Source: Oikopleura dioica
Taxonomy: Eukaryota > Animalia > Chordata
Direction of reading: 5' to 3'
Length of the DNA: 64,000 nucleotides
Assembly (NCBI GenBank): GCA_907165135.1
Contig: OU015567.1
Span: forward strand, 6,138,001-6,202,000
The notes below the pieces were generated by a model. That model was not told the DNA's origin and made no database searches. It saw nothing but the letters and a program-made list of their open reading frames with translations. Position 1 is the first letter of the stretch. Each line of letters begins with the position of its first letter. The translations under genes were made by a program, and so were the position numbers. Positions 49,422 to 63,212 of the stretch are shown piece after piece.

Positions 49422-51743
49422 TTTCGAGAAAAAGACGAAGAAAAACGAAGAAAAACGAAAAATTGAAGCAGTAAAGAAGGAGAGACTGAAGCGCGCATCG
49501 AATCAGCGCCGACTGATAAGAATGTGCGCAAGCCTAGTATTACTCAGAATGACAGAAAAGGTAAAATCAACGAAGAAAGAAGTAAAAAGTCTTCTAAAGA
49601 TAAATTTTGAAAATTCTGAGAGGATTTCAAGATTTTCTAGAGCTAACCGGAAGATCGACCGCGCGGTTGGACCGCGGTTCATATTTTATTTTGTTCTCTG
49701 TTCAATTTCAAGTCGATCGATATGCATATTTAGTGGTTTTGGGAATATTCTAGAGTTAACCGGGCCGAACCGGATGGTCAACCGCGCGGTTCAACCGCGG
49801 TTTATATTTTATTTTGTTCTCTGCTCAATTTCCAGTCGATTGATATGCATATTCAGTGGTTTTGGGGATATTCTAGAGTTAACCGGGCCGAACCGGATGG
49901 TCAACCGCGCGGTTCAACCGCGGTTCAACTTTTTATACATTATTATTAATGACTACATCAATATTTATAACTAATTGACAAGTTTCTAGTGAAAATTTCA
50001 TACTTCCGGAATTTCATCCAACTTTCTAGCGCCTCTAGCGGCCACTAGAAAGTCTGGCAACAGTATTTTATTGGCGTTTTAGAAAGCTCAGACGCTGGGC
50101 TTTCTAACGCACCTACTTACAAGCCATTTGAAGCCAGTACCGGCAACCAAAAATTCGATTGAAGAGTTCTAGTGCCAATTTCGGAACTTCCGGTGCCATG
50201 AATTGCCTTGCGGGCATGACCCAGACCACTCGATATGGGGCTCAAATGAAAGCTCAGCTTCTGGGCTTTCAGAATCTGTGTCATATGACCCCTCAACTAA
50301 GCTAGAAAAAGTGGCCAAATTTTCATCTAATAAGCCTAAAGATAACACAAACAGCAGTCTGTAACAGTTAACAGTGTATTCAAGCAAGTTAGTACCTCCC
50401 CCAACTTGTATCCAGCCATGCGTCCTTGGCGACAACTGCAGCGAATCGTCGGGCCACCTTCGGAAATTATCTTGGTTCTGAACAAGAATATCATTGTCTA
50501 TTTTTGAGTTGAGCGAATGGATCTTATTTTTATCTCAAGTACTAGTGTAGATTCACAATAAAATATTCTGCCAGAATCTTCAAATCGTGCACTAATTTTA
50601 GTGTCTTTGTTTTGTCCCGAATTTATTTTAGAATATTTCTTTGCCAGATCCATGGTTATTCCATTGAGAAGTCCCCTATTTGATTATGACGGATAATTCG
50701 ATAATAGGAGCTACTCACCCGACTTTGATCGATGGAGCAGTGTATCTTGTTCACAAGCTTTAAATCGCATGATTTCAATTCGAAAAAGAATCTGAATTTC
50801 TCTGAATAGTTCTGTAAGCTTTTCCTTTCACAAGCCTCATCTGGTAACATCTGACTGTAGCATCCAGTTATCATGTCTCTTCCAGCGCAAATTATCAGCA
50901 AAAATAACTCTTTCATATTTTTTTAAAACGAGAAAAAAAGATGGGTTCGATACAATTAGAGGCGAATTTGAAAATGCTACACGAATTAAAGATTTAGGCG
51001 CGATTCAACATTTATTACACTCACGACGTTACTTTGCATCTAATTTCGCGCATGCAAATGCAACAGCTCATCGAAACAGGGGAGCTTATCAATAATTCAG
51101 CGTGTATATCGTGCAAGCTTCTAACAAGATCTCCAAAGATGATTAAAGCAATCTTCGGCATTATGAGGGCTCTGTCGAAGGTTTATTGAAGATCGAATGA
51201 AAATAATATATTGTGACTTTATTTCTGATCGAACAACGATCAGTTCCAGCCATGTCCGATAAGATCATCAAATATATTTTTGTTATTGATCTGATTTTTA
51301 TAGTATTTACAATACTTGGAAGGCAGTTATTTTGAAGAATGATGATGACGATTTCAAAGATAAAATAATTGTCGAAATTATACGATAAATCTGATATAGT
51401 AGGTTCTTTTAGAACCGAGATAATTATCAATCGTATTCCTGACTTATCTCGTACTAAAAGAACTCCTATTTCAGAACTATCGTATAATTTTGACAATTCA
51501 CAATTATTCAAGCTTTGAAAAATTGAAATCGTCATCATCCTTCTTCGAAATAAATGCTTCCTCATAACTACAGTCTGTTATTAAAAATTCCCTATGATCA
51601 TCGCTAATACCCTCGTTTAGCAGCTCTTGATCAAGGAAATGACTAAAAACTTGCTAAGCCTGACCTTTTATCTTGCCAACTTTCAAGTATAATTGTCCAA
51701 TATCCAACTCATAAAGGAACTCTACCTTTTTTTAAGTTCAAGC

Positions 51744-53312
51744 ATGCCATCGTTGAAATCGAAGGGCAGCGACACGAGAGAGATTCTATTTGGCCTTGAC
51801 GCGAAGAATAATTCAAAGTCTGTCAAATGCCCGATTTGCAGCGAACGGATCAGGTGAGGCCCGATTAGATTTATTAATGAATTCGGATCAGTGTGGACTT
51901 GACGACCTTTACGGCTCATATCATTTCTCATATGAAAACAGGCATTGTTAAAATGAACTCGATTTAACCCTCTATCACCCTATACAAATCTAATATATAA
52001 CTTATATATAATATAAGTCAAATATAATAACAAAAAAACAGGAGATTCACATGAATGCCCAATCTGTATCGAGATGAGATCAAGGAACTTATCATTCTAC
52101 AGAACCTCTGGAGTGACAATGTTTGACACAACAAAACCGTTCAAGAAATCGCTAGAAAGACACATTTCGAGCAGACATCAGTTTTCTTGCGCAATGTGCT
52201 CTGAAACGTTGCCAACAAAGATGATAGATTCGGTCGTCTTCGGTTTAATACTGTTTATTTCGAACCCCTATTCGACCCTCTGAAAGACAGTCATTTGAAC
52301 AAAACGCGGCACACATTCACCGACGTAGATTTAAACAGCAGCCAAGCAGCACTATCAAAATCATTAGACCTCAGTTCTACCAGAAGTAGCACCAATCAAG
52401 TCGTCTTGAACCAAAGAAAATCCGTCGATCTTCCAAAGAAACCGCACAAGCCGCCCTCACTGCCGAAAAGTCTGCGGAAATCAACGAAGAGAACCGCTCT
52501 CAAAGTCCCAAAACTACCAACACCCGCAACGCCAAAAATAGAACCGGAAGAGATACCGTACTTGTTCGACAGAAGCGAGAAGCGAAAAGGAACGTCTAAC
52601 TGGCCATATTTGTACAGCATCGTGAAGACGAAAAGCTCACCAGGAAGATGGTTCACTGCGGTTACGTTTATAATGGAAATGGACGGGAAATTCTATCACG
52701 TGCGCAAAGACGGTATTGGAAACGATATCAATCAGATTCACATGAAATGTAACAACGGTGTGCGCCAGTGTAAATGGAAAGGACTTCTCCACAGGTAAGG
52801 GTAAATTAAATTCATTTATTCAGCTATTAGCCACCTGAAATTATGAGATTTTTACCCAAGAAAATAAACTAATTATATCCAATTAAATCGTCTAGGCTCC
52901 TAACCAACCTGCATACTAATAATCATCTGAAATTTTCAGAAAGGATCGCCAGCTGACAGCGAATGATGTTCAGTTCTATAATCCTGAGAGCTACACGGTT
53001 CTGGAACACTCTACCGAAGAGCACTTAGGAAAGGATCCAAAATACAGTTTCGTCTCAAAAATAGCTTTCAAATAGCATCCATTTTTAGCGCAGTGCATTG
53101 AAAACGCTCATGAAAATGAACCAACCGCTGAAGAAGCCTCTTCCCTGCCTCAAAATATCGAAGTAGACATCCTTAAGGTAATTAATCAATAAACCTACAC
53201 AAGTGCATATATTTTAACCGCAAAGGTTTTGAATGAATCCATTCGCCGCAGAAGCAGCTGGGTAAAAAAAAAAGCAAATGGAAAATGCATCCTCGGAGCA
53301 TTTTCAACTTAG
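51744..53312 (+). CDS. Multi-C2H2 zinc-finger protein with FLYWCH-like module (3' end uncertain)
   Basis: CPIC..HIISH, CPIC..HISSRH, CAMC..HLNKTRH, then FYHVRK..HMKC..QCKWKG..EH; includes a GC-AG intron. Confidence 0.65.
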
Positions 53313-54893
53313 GGATTTCGAGAACGAAAATTTTAAGGTTTAAATTTTCAATTTAGTCTGTTTCCGACATGCGGGAAAGAGAAGCTGCACAGGCTGCCAA
53401 AGCATTGAGTCTAACTTTGCCAAGGTTTCAATGCCATTAACTGTAACTGTTGTTTTTACATTGAATAATATTTTCAAACCTTCGGAAAAGCTGACGAGTA
53501 ATCTGGGAGAGCGCGAGAAGCCGCCAGAAAGGCCTGGTTCTGCGAGAAGATCACGGCACATGTTCCACTCGCTGAGAACGCTGGAACTGTGAAGAAAACT
53601 CTTACAACAATCTGTGTAATCAAATTCAATGTTTAATTGATCCACTGATTACTATCATGAGACAATCTGAATATCAGAACATGCCGGTACTTTAGTTACC
53701 CACCTGATTTCCTGCTCAATTAAACATGCTAATAAAATTAAATGAACGGAACAAGTAAAGCATGAAGACACAATAATTAAACCTTGAGATAATGTTGAAA
53801 TAACAATCTCGAATCGTCCCGCTGTTTTCTCTTCAATTATCAGATCATTCTTCTTCCACGCGTCGCGCCTGGAGGTCCTCCGTGGGAGAGCGCCTCCATC
53901 CAACACTGACCGGCCCCAGTTAAGTCGCGTGGGCGGGCGTGACATCGAGCGCTGATCCTGATTGGCTCCCAACGCTGCAGTACTTTTGCTCAGATTTCTC
54001 TTGTTTTCACTGAAGCTTACTGCTTTTAGAGTCGACGAAAATTTAAGAGATAAGATTCTTAAAGAATAGCTGCTATTTAGTTTGCTTCTACCTACTCTTT
54101 TCTTTCTTCTAAGGCTCTCCTCAATAAAACCTTTTTCAGAACTGAATGAGAGAAAACGTTTTATGCGATGGTGGCCAAGAGACATGCTGCCGGATGTTGC
54201 ACCCAGATGGGGAGGTGACTTCAGAGTACGACCGAAATAACGGTTGCGCTACCAATATTACAGTTAAAACTGCCTTTGTTATAATTTCTGATAAAAAAGC
54301 TTTCACATTTTCTCTTTCCTTAAAATTCACCACACAACTTCTTATCTAACACATTTCTTTTCAGAGAATGACTGAAAATGAGGAGTGAATCCTTCGAGAA
54401 AACCAACTGCCACGAAGAAAAGGATGCGAAGAATCCGGTTGGCAAAGGAACAAGCCCTAATACTGCCCCTTAGAAATACCTGAAGGTCTATTTCCCTATA
54501 ATTTTTATGCACAATACAGTCTCATTTTAACTCTACAACCAGTGTGTTCTTTGTTACTAGCAACTCTGATTAATCAAAAACTGAGGTAATCTTCTCTCAG
54601 ATTTTGACAGAATTCTGGTCTTGGCGGTTTAAAAATTTATTGAATAGTGAAGAATATTTGACATTTGCTTGAACTCTCGAGTAACTACAGTAACAGACAT
54701 GTAGAATTAGAATTGGATGAGAAAAAAAGAGTAAAATTGTAAATTCAATGGTAGGTTTTGGATCCAGGAAGCAGAAAAAATAGAGATAGAAAGAGGAAAA
54801 TGATGAGGATTAAATTTTGGATACAGACGTAGATACAGACAGGGCAGTTTCGAAGAAAGGGTACTGTAAGAGTAGCGGAAGGATAGATCGCTT

Positions 54894-55670
<777 letters not shown>

Positions 55671-55801
55671 CCATAAGTCGATCTGAACAAAACTTGGATT
55701 AAAGAGGCATCGCATTGTAGCAGTTGTATTGGAGTCTAGGTAAAACGGTTGAAGAAATTGAAAGAGAAGGATAGAAGCGGATCTGATAGGTACAGTAGCT
55801 T

Positions 55802-58290
55802 TTACAGAAGATTGGATTGTGCGCAGATTTCGTCGTTTTCTGAAGAAAATGTTAAGGGAGTTTCAATCAAAATTTATATTCAAGGCAAAATTGGTCTACT
55901 TACGCGAATTGATGAATTTCTTCCAGACATTTTGCAGCTCTTCGGGCTGCAGCTTGTGGAATGTCATGACTTCTCTATATACACAATTGTCATGATCGAG
56001 ATATTTGACGCCCCAGCTCTTGAAGCCCTTGTGATTCGTCGGTCTAAGGTTAAGTTTCCGAAGACAGACGCCCATAAACGCGTCGTCTATCGGAATTATC
56101 GGCAGCTCTTTCATCGCTTCGAAGATCTTTTTCGCCATGACGTAGCTCATGATGAAGCCGCCACCAGAAACGTACGGAGGATAGTACTTTTCTGGCCAGA
56201 GGTTTTCGGAGACGTAGTATTTTGATCGCTGGTCTGTGATTCTCGGAGAGGGTAGAGAACGGAGCCAACAAACATGTTTCGCTGCTGGGAAAGGGAGAGC
56301 GATTCGATGTAGCTGACGATGTTCGGGACATTGGCGAAAATATCATCGTCGCCCTAAAATTTATGTTCGGCAAAATTCAACTTGATAGGAGAAAATAACC
56401 TTGAAGATAAATTGCGCTTTGGGGCAGTGTCTCGGCAACCATCGCAAAAACATGATCTCTTTTAGCGTCAAATTCCTGAAGGAATCCTGAAAATCTCCTT
56501 GAATTATGTCTCCCCATTCTTTCGCTTCCTCCTTCAGTAGCATTTCGCGTCTTTGATTTGCTTCATCTGTCGTATTTGACTTGCCGAGCAGGAACAGTCG
56601 ACGGATCTTCAATTTATCGCCGATCACTTGAAAATAGGATTACCCAATCAATTCAATTTACACGAATTCACCTGGTATTTGCTGCGTATGCCCCCATGTA
56701 TCTCGTATTGCTTTTCTCCGTGAGAAACTTCCAGTCATCGATTTTATAACCATCAGGAGATACACTTGCTCAATCTCATTCTTGTCATCACGGCAAACAC
56801 TCCCAGTACTAAAATAGGATAATTACATATAAGAGCTAAAGCTTATTTCTTAAGAAATAAAAAGCATGATTTCATTGTCCAGTGGATTTAGCTGTTCCTT
56901 CAAAAGCAAGTACTCAAACTACTCGTCCATAAAATCATTTTATATATTCTCAAATACTCAATCCAGCAATAAACCCATCAGTTAGATTAAATAACTAAGA
57001 TGAATTTAAAAAACTTTTTGCAGGCAAAATTCTGACTTTGCCTGTTTTCATCCCTAGCAGAAAGCCCGTAAAATTTCGAGTCGACTAGACTAGATTTGGC
57101 CTTAAACCGTCAGACGATGACGTCATAAATGACGTATGAAGTTGGCAAAAAATGGCGATTTTGGCCAAACTTTGAGTCAGTATTTAGGGCCATTTTTGAT
57201 GGAATTTTTCGGTGTTCTATAGCTCAAATTGATCCTTGTAAAAAACTGAACTAAGGTTTTCAAGAATTTTTTATTTTGTTGAAATTTTTTTTTCGCGAAA
57301 TTCTAGAGCCCACTTTTTCATAAAAAATTTTTAAACCCATAAAAACCTTAGTACAGTTTTTAATAAGCTTTCATGTGAGCTATAGAACACTCCGTAATTC
57401 TATCGGAAAGGCTATTAAAATTAGACTCAAAGTTTCACCTTTTGGGACCTTCTGACGTCATTTATGACGTCATTCTCTAGAAAATGTCGAAAACGATTTG
57501 GTCGAATCGACTCAAAATTTTACGGGCTTTCATAAGGCTACAAAATCCGGCCAGGTCAGAAATTTGCCTGCAAAAAGTTTTTTAAATTCATCTAAATGTA
57601 AGCACTCTTTTTACCATCGATACGACTGCTCAAAATAGGAGAAGTTCGCAGTAATCCTTACTTGATTGAAAATGGGTAATATTTTTTCTGGCTATAGTCG
57701 GCAAAGGTGACGTTTTTCTCATCATTCTTGTCTTGATGCATTTTCATTGCGTCAAGATTGAGCTTCATTTGAGCCTCGACGGAGTCAAGCGATGGATCAT
57801 CCGGGTCTACGTGTTGAAGACGGTCGAGTTCTTCGAGCTCGTGGACTAATTGGCGAGCTTCTGCAAGTTGATCAGCGTAAGGACGCTAGAATAACGTATA
57901 TGAATGTCTGTCTGTCTGTTTTATTGGAAATATGTAGTGTACACATGTACCATGAATAATAATCAACGAAATCATCACGAGAAAGTCGTTCTAAAACGGG
58001 ACAATTATGATACGAGATCTTGTAAAGTATAATTTTAATTTATTTTTTATCATAAATAATTTAGAGAAAATTGCCATCGAGAGAGGCATTCTAAACTGTC
58101 ATAATCTTTGATAAAATCTATTCATCTATTTGATATGGTTATGTTACAAATGTAAAAATAAAATTACCGAAGAGTCTGGTGCTAAGCCTTGGTGACGAAA
58201 AAGAAAGTTCAGCCCAAGCTGCACAACAATGACGAGAGCAACGATAGCTTTGTAATACGAGGATCGAACATTGGAGTCGTTATCGGACAT
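55802..58290 (-). CDS. GT31 beta-1,3-glycosyltransferase (B3GNT-like), type II membrane
   Basis: Signal anchor AIVALVIVVQLGL, LLMVIKS..RRKAIRDTWG, DIIQGDFQDSFRNLTLK, FKGDDD, YPPYVSGGG, PIDDAFMG. Confidence 0.9.
56998..57593. mobile_element. ~600-bp foldback MITE in an intron of the GT31 gene
   Basis: AGATGAATTTAAAAAACTTTTTGCAGGCAAA / TTTGCCTGCAAAAAGTTTTTTAAATTCATCT with long imperfect inverted arms; no clean TSD. Confidence 0.8.
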
Positions 58291-58701
58291 TTTTAAAGCG
58301 ACCAAAGCCTTCTTTGTCACTACACCTTGCAACTTTTATCTACGTACGCGCAGCATCTGAGAAAAATTATTTGCAAAATGATTTACGAATAGCTATAATT
58401 TTTATATCCAAGAAGAAAAAGAAGAAGAATATGCTGAACTTTGAAACTAGTTATTTTTTCCTTAAAACATCAGAACGCGGGTTAGGCAAAAGAAGAAGAA
58501 CACCAAATTGAGAGAAGAGCTTATATTTTTTTTCGTATGGCATTTTCATTGAATTGGATTAAATAAAAAACAGAGAAAAGAGGACTTTTGAAAAGTTGGC
58601 TAATGCTGACATGGGTTGGTTTTGAGATGAGCGAGGGAACACCGGAGATGGCTACGTTTTTTCTTCAGATTAGAGTTTGGGATTTGTAGATGAACGAGAC
58701 T

Positions 58702-61250
58702 TTAGGCAGCTCCGTTTCCATTGAGAGAGTGTCCATTTGCGGGTTTGGCGCCGACAACTAAATTTTCAATATTTTCATGATGTGTAAAGTAAGAAACAAT
58801 TTTTTATTCATCAAGCTTTCATTTCATATTTTGAACGATCGAATTCCAGGCTTTCGATATTTATACGGACAAAATTTCATAGCTCTTCTTGATAAAATCA
58901 AGCCATGAATTATCGACCTGAAGTAACTACTTGACGCACCTTTCTCAATGATATGCTGAACAACAGGTGGATCAGCCAAAGTCGTTACATCTCCGATCTC
59001 GTCAATTTGTCCAGCCGAGATTTTTCTCAAAATTCGTCTCATGATCTTTCCCGATCGAGTCTTGGGCAATCCATTGACGAAGTAGATCTTCTCCGGAGCA
59101 GCGAACTTGGCAAGACGTCCGCGGACGAGTTGAATCAGCTCTGATCGAACGTTTTCTTGTTTGAGATCGACTTGGTCCTTGAGAATGGAGAAAGCGACTG
59201 CGGACTCGCCTTTGATCTCGTGGGGGATGCCGATGACGGCGGTCTCCGATACGGACTCGTGCGAGTTCTTAAAATTGATTTACAACTGATTATTTTGACG
59301 CTTGATTACCAGGACATCTTCAATCTCGGCAGTTCCAAGACGATGGCCAGAGATATTGATAACATCATCCATTCTACCGGTAATCGTTACATATCCGTCT
59401 TCGTCTCGGACAGCTCCGTCGCCGGAGAAATACATTCCAGGGTATGGCTAATTAAAAGAAGACTGAATCATGGAATAGAATTCAATTTTTTACGTTGTAG
59501 TAAGTTTCCAAGAAGCGCTTATGATTGCCATAAATTGTTCTCGCCATTCCCGGCCATGGTTTCTTGAAGCAAAGAGCGCCTTCGATCTTCTTTCCGGATT
59601 CCCAAGCGATTTCTTTGCCCGTTCCAGGGTCACAGATGGCGACTTCGATTCCATAAAATTGTCGCATCGCCATTCCAGGCTTGATTTCCGCTCCTTGGTT
59701 GCTCGGCCTCGGCGTTAGAAGATTCCCACCCGTTTCTGTTTGCCACCAAGTATCGACAATGTCACATTTTCCATTGCCGACAACTTGATGCAACCAGGTC
59801 CATGCAGCGACGTTGATGGGTTCTCCAACAGAGCCGATAACTCGGAGCGAAGAGAGATCGTGGCTCTTGACGAATTCATTTCCTAATCGCAACAACATTC
59901 GGTATGCAGTCGGTGCACTGAAAGGATGAGTAGATTTGAGTAATTAAAAAATAAAAAACATTATATAAAGCAATTGCTGCCCCTCCCACTATTATTTCAA
60001 AAACATCAAGATAATCCAAGATCTAATAAATTATGAATTGTTATTGTTATTGGCTTGGAAATATTTATTTTATGTGAGAATTTTATTAAAAAGTCACTTA
60101 CCCATAAAATTGAGTTACGTGGTATCTTGCCACTGTTTCCCAATATCTGCCGGCATTGGGATATAATGGATGAGAATCGAAGCACAGCGTTGTTCCACCA
60201 TTAGCCAGAGGTCCATAAACGACGTAGGTGTGTCCGGTAATCCAGCCAATATCGGCGACGCAGGCGAAGATGTCAGAAGGTTCAAAGTCAAATACATGCT
60301 TGACCGTCATTTGAGCATAAAGGAGATAGCCGGCAGAAGTGTGGACGAGTCCCTTTGGCTTGCCAGTGCTTCCAGAAGTGTAGAGCAAAAACAGTGGATC
60401 CTCAGCGCTGACTTCGACGATTTGGCAGTCGGAACTCGCAGCGTCGATTTGAGAACTCAAATCTTCAAATGACTCCAACCAGCCATCTCGATTCCCGGCC
60501 TCGGAATAGACGAGCGTTTTTCGCAGACTTTGAGATTTGTTGGCAGCGTCGATAACGATTTGCTTGAGGTTGATGGTCTTGCCGCCGCGGTCCGTGTAGT
60601 CCTGGGCGAGAAGGAGTTTGCAATCGGCATCATCAATTCGATGGGCGAGCGCTTCGGCGGAAAAACCAGTGAAGATGACGGAATGGACAGCTCCGATTCT
60701 AGCGCAGGCGAGCATGGCCGCGGCGCCTTGAAGACCAACGGGCAGGTAAATAGCAACGCGATCGCCCTTTTGGACGCCGTGCGCTTTTAGCACATTGGCA
60801 AACTTGCAAATGTACTCGTGCAATTCACGGTAGGAGACTTTTCGGCTCTTGGATGAATCGTCCCGTTCCCAGATCAGCGCAGGCTTGTCAGCGTGATTTG
60901 GAAGGTGGCGGTCGACGCAGTTGTAGCAGACGTTGAGCTTTCCATCTTGGAACCACTTGATTTCGCCCGAATTCACGTCGGAAGCATTGATCGTTTTTGG
61001 CGGCTGCGTCCAGCTGAAAAATGGAGTTTTTGATGATTCAAGACTCAAATTAACCCCTGATCGAGTTCACTAGTAAATAAACACTCACTGTGGCTGTGCT
61101 TGTTTACCTTAGGCGTGACATAGCACAGCGGCCCCAGAACTCATCCGTTTGTCCGATGGAATACTTGTAGAGCGCTTCGTGCGAGTCAAATTCACCTTGA
61201 AATTCCTCGAATTTCGTCGAAAACCCCGACGAGGGTCGTCTATCCGACAT
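58702..61250 (-). CDS. ACSS1: Acetyl-CoA synthetase, ACSS1-like
   Basis: [63 protein letters not shown]; last exon tentative. Confidence 0.9.
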
Positions 61251-61498
61251 GTTTCGTTTTTTTCTAAAAGTAAAGATTTTTAATGTTTCGAAGATTTTGT
61301 ATTTCGGAAAATTGGTGACCACCGACAGTGAAAATCGCATTTATTTTTCGCGTAAATAAATATTTTTAAGAAAACTTTTAGGACTCGGGAAAACGAGGAT
61401 TCTTTAGCAAATCTCTTTCTCATGCTTGTGTTTTTTGCGTTTCTTCGTGGACTGTGTCTGTTCAGCGGGCTCCTTTTTTTTTTGATGAAACATGAAGA

Positions 61499-63212
61499 TC
61501 AAACAAACCAGTTTCTCAAATCAATAATCTCTTCTTTCTCCCACGTGACCTGTGTTCTAGAGAAGGAACCCTGTCCTATGTACGTTCTCAAATGCTCCGG
61601 ATCCGTGTCTGGATAAATCCCGTGTCCCAAATTGGCAATGTGTCTCACTCCTTCGAATTTCTTCAACATCTCCCTCGCTGCTTTCTGAATCTCTTCCTTC
61701 GGCGCATACAACTGGCACGGGTCAAGATTGCCCTGGACGACTTTGCTCTTGAGCTCAAGAATTTGCTCTCGTGAAATTGTCCAGTCGACTTGAATGATAT
61801 CATACTAAAGAAATCAAGGAGACGAGAATTTGACGAGTAAGACCAAAAATTTGACACTAATAAAAAAGCGGTGCTTTAGGAATTTATTGCTACGACTTTG
61901 ATGCTTTTATTTACCTCGGAATCGACAAACTCTTTGTTCATGAAATGACCTCCTTTACAGAAAATAGAAACAGGTGGAGCATCCTTTCCTAAAAAAGATA
62001 TTTTACGATGCTTTTTTCCGATGTCTCTTTAAAATGAAAGTTTCAGTTTTTCGTACCTAATTTAGCTTTGACTTGAGTAGCAATTTTTTTGAGCAATTTG
62101 AGTGTAAATTTGTGGAATAATTCGGGAGAAAGGGCGTCGGCATGAGATTCAAAAACTTGCAGAACTTGAGCTCCGGCGCGGGCTTGTCCGACGAGAAAGT
62201 CGATGCAGACATTCGTCAGTGCGTCCAGCAGCTTTTCGCTGGCCTCTGGGAATTGATACAGCCACTTTTTCGCCTTGAAAGAGCTTGAAAGCTATTCTCT
62301 GTTTCTGAACTTACCTTTGAGTATGTTTTGGAGCCGCCACCTTCGACCATGTAAGCCATGAGCGTCCAAGGGGCTCCGACAAAGCCAAACAGTGGCTGTT
62401 TACCGCCAATGGTTTTGCGCGTCAGTGTGATTGCATCGTAAACGTATTGAAGAACTTTGTTAACGTCAGGTGATAGGTTAATTTTGTCTAAATCTTCGGG
62501 CGCGTCCAGCGGCGAAGTAAAAGTTGGCCCTTTTCCGGGAACCATAACGCATTCCATTTCCATTGCCTAAAATTTCAAACTGAAGCATCCTTCCGTATTA
62601 AAAACTTGACTTCGTTCCGTACATAAAAGATAGCTGTCTCTATTTAAGACTACAAATACGTAGAAGCGTTCTGATCTCCCCAAAAGTTACATAAACGAGC
62701 CTTGTGAGACACATCTATCGACATTTATTTATGAAGATATTCACAAATGGAGACTTAAAGGTGTTCTCTAAGAAATACTTCAATTTGCTCAACTATCGTG
62801 AGATATCTCATAATTATGAAAATGTAAGATAATTACACAGATACAAAATAATAAATAGATAAGTATAAATAGATAGAATGTTATCATTTCCCACCGAGAC
62901 GTCTAACTAATAGTAATGCTGTGTTACCATTTTCGTATTTTTAAATGCGCGTACCTGTGGAATCACCATAATATCAGAGAAGATGATCGACGCATCAAGA
63001 TCAAATCTTCTCAGTGGCTGCATGGTAACTTCACAGGCATGCTCCGGATTTCGGCAAATTTCGAAGAACTCGTGTTTCTTTCTGTACTCCCTGAACTCAC
63101 TCAGGTATCGTCCTGCTTGTCTCATGATCCAAATCGGAGTCCGATCGACTTCCTCTCCTCGGCACAGTCGCAACACACGGTCATTTGTCAGCTCAGGAAA
63201 ATCACTGCTCAT
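61499..63212 (-). CDS. UROD: Uroporphyrinogen decarboxylase
   Basis: [61 protein letters not shown]. Confidence 0.95.

Larger units (their letters stand above)
45204..50338 (-). mobile_element. hAT-like DNA transposon, 5135 bp, with ~710-bp TIRs
   Basis: Ends TAGGCTTATTAGATG / CATCTAATAAGCCTA; 8-bp TSD AAGATAAC at 45196-45203 and 50339-50346; TIRs ~45204-45914 and ~49630-50338. Confidence 0.93.
44973..50916 (-). pseudogene. Secreted Cys-rich protein gene (~200 aa) interrupted in a coding exon by the 5.1-kb element
   Basis: Signal-like MKELFLLIICAG at 50916; removing 45204-50338 and one TSD restores GD CCLCYLRVKPMC..GWCKIKPCKPS EKC..SCKRCAPQDCLEA*. Confidence 0.7.

Noticed and set aside
49522-49974. 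150-aa ORF with internal repeats and its mirror at 45790-45984
   Set aside because: Translation of the 123-bp TIR subrepeats.
53261-53600. Extension of the Zn-finger gene through a GG-AG intron
   Set aside because: Would also need a 19-nt intron; not supportable without transcripts.
53655-54400. Possible gene with Cys-containing ORF 54146-54349
   Set aside because: No consistent exon chain or family motif could be built on either strand.
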